A DNA stretch of 63,747 bases from Toensbergia leucococca (lineage: Eukaryota), in assembly GCA_022813965.1 (NCBI GenBank), contig JALDZS010000142.1, positions 1 through 63,747 of the forward strand. Reading direction: 5' to 3'. The stretch's first letter is position 1. Each line of letters starts with the position of its first letter. Both the position numbers and the translations under genes were made by a program. A model generated the notes under the pieces. That model was not told where the DNA came from. It ran no database searches and saw nothing but the letters and a program-made list of their open reading frames with translations. Of the stretch, positions 63,514 through 63,747 are shown in pieces.

Positions 63514-63747
63514 GCGAGTATCTCGGCATTGAAGACCATAAGGAGCGTCACGACTAGTGCGATTACTGTTGCTTGAACAAAGGTCGTAGTGGTGGATTTA
63601 TCACTTGGTTCATTAGTACCAGATGAAGTAACTAGGATTTCCAAAAAATCACTCACGGTAATCCTTGCATACTGAATAGACTCTGGGGACAGGATGAGTC
63701 TCAGTAAACGATTCGGGACAACATCAAGGAGCGGACTTCTTATCTTA

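Overview
Nuclear DNA of a filamentous ascomycete (Pezizomycotina): short GT-AG introns with CTRAY branch points. One secreted-protein family suggests a lichen-forming lineage (inference only). Conserved, intact genes: ARG1 (14 exons, four microexons), an OSGIN-like flavoprotein, TAF4 head-to-head with YSH1, a LAMMER kinase, and DBP6 head-to-head with SPT14. Accessory tract 1 (about 23-42 kb) holds a duplicated small membrane-protein gene start, an orphan NACHT exon, an aldo-keto reductase pseudogene, a small Gly-rich protein gene, a full-length ZNFX1-type helicase/RZ-finger gene with two 1-nt deletions, and mutated transposon relics. Accessory tract 2 (about 47-63 kb) holds a P450, an MFS pseudogene, three predicted secreted proteins, a MITE, a CorA-like gene and a Cys/His-domain gene. 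Best candidate for an undescribed system: the 411-nt intron 2 of YSH1, the mRNA 3'-end endonuclease. It splits the catalytic HxHxDH motif, stays stop-free in frame for about 115 codons and carries UGUA plus tandem AAUACA elements upstream of its first stop. This is the layout of autoregulation by intronic polyadenylation into a non-stop mRNA. Other notable signals are repeated sharp C/A-rich to G/T-rich strand-skew switches, C-to-T decay of repeats at both CpG and CpA, and a zincin-like secreted protein lacking HExxH. Exon models were read by eye and family calls come from motif recognition, not database searches.
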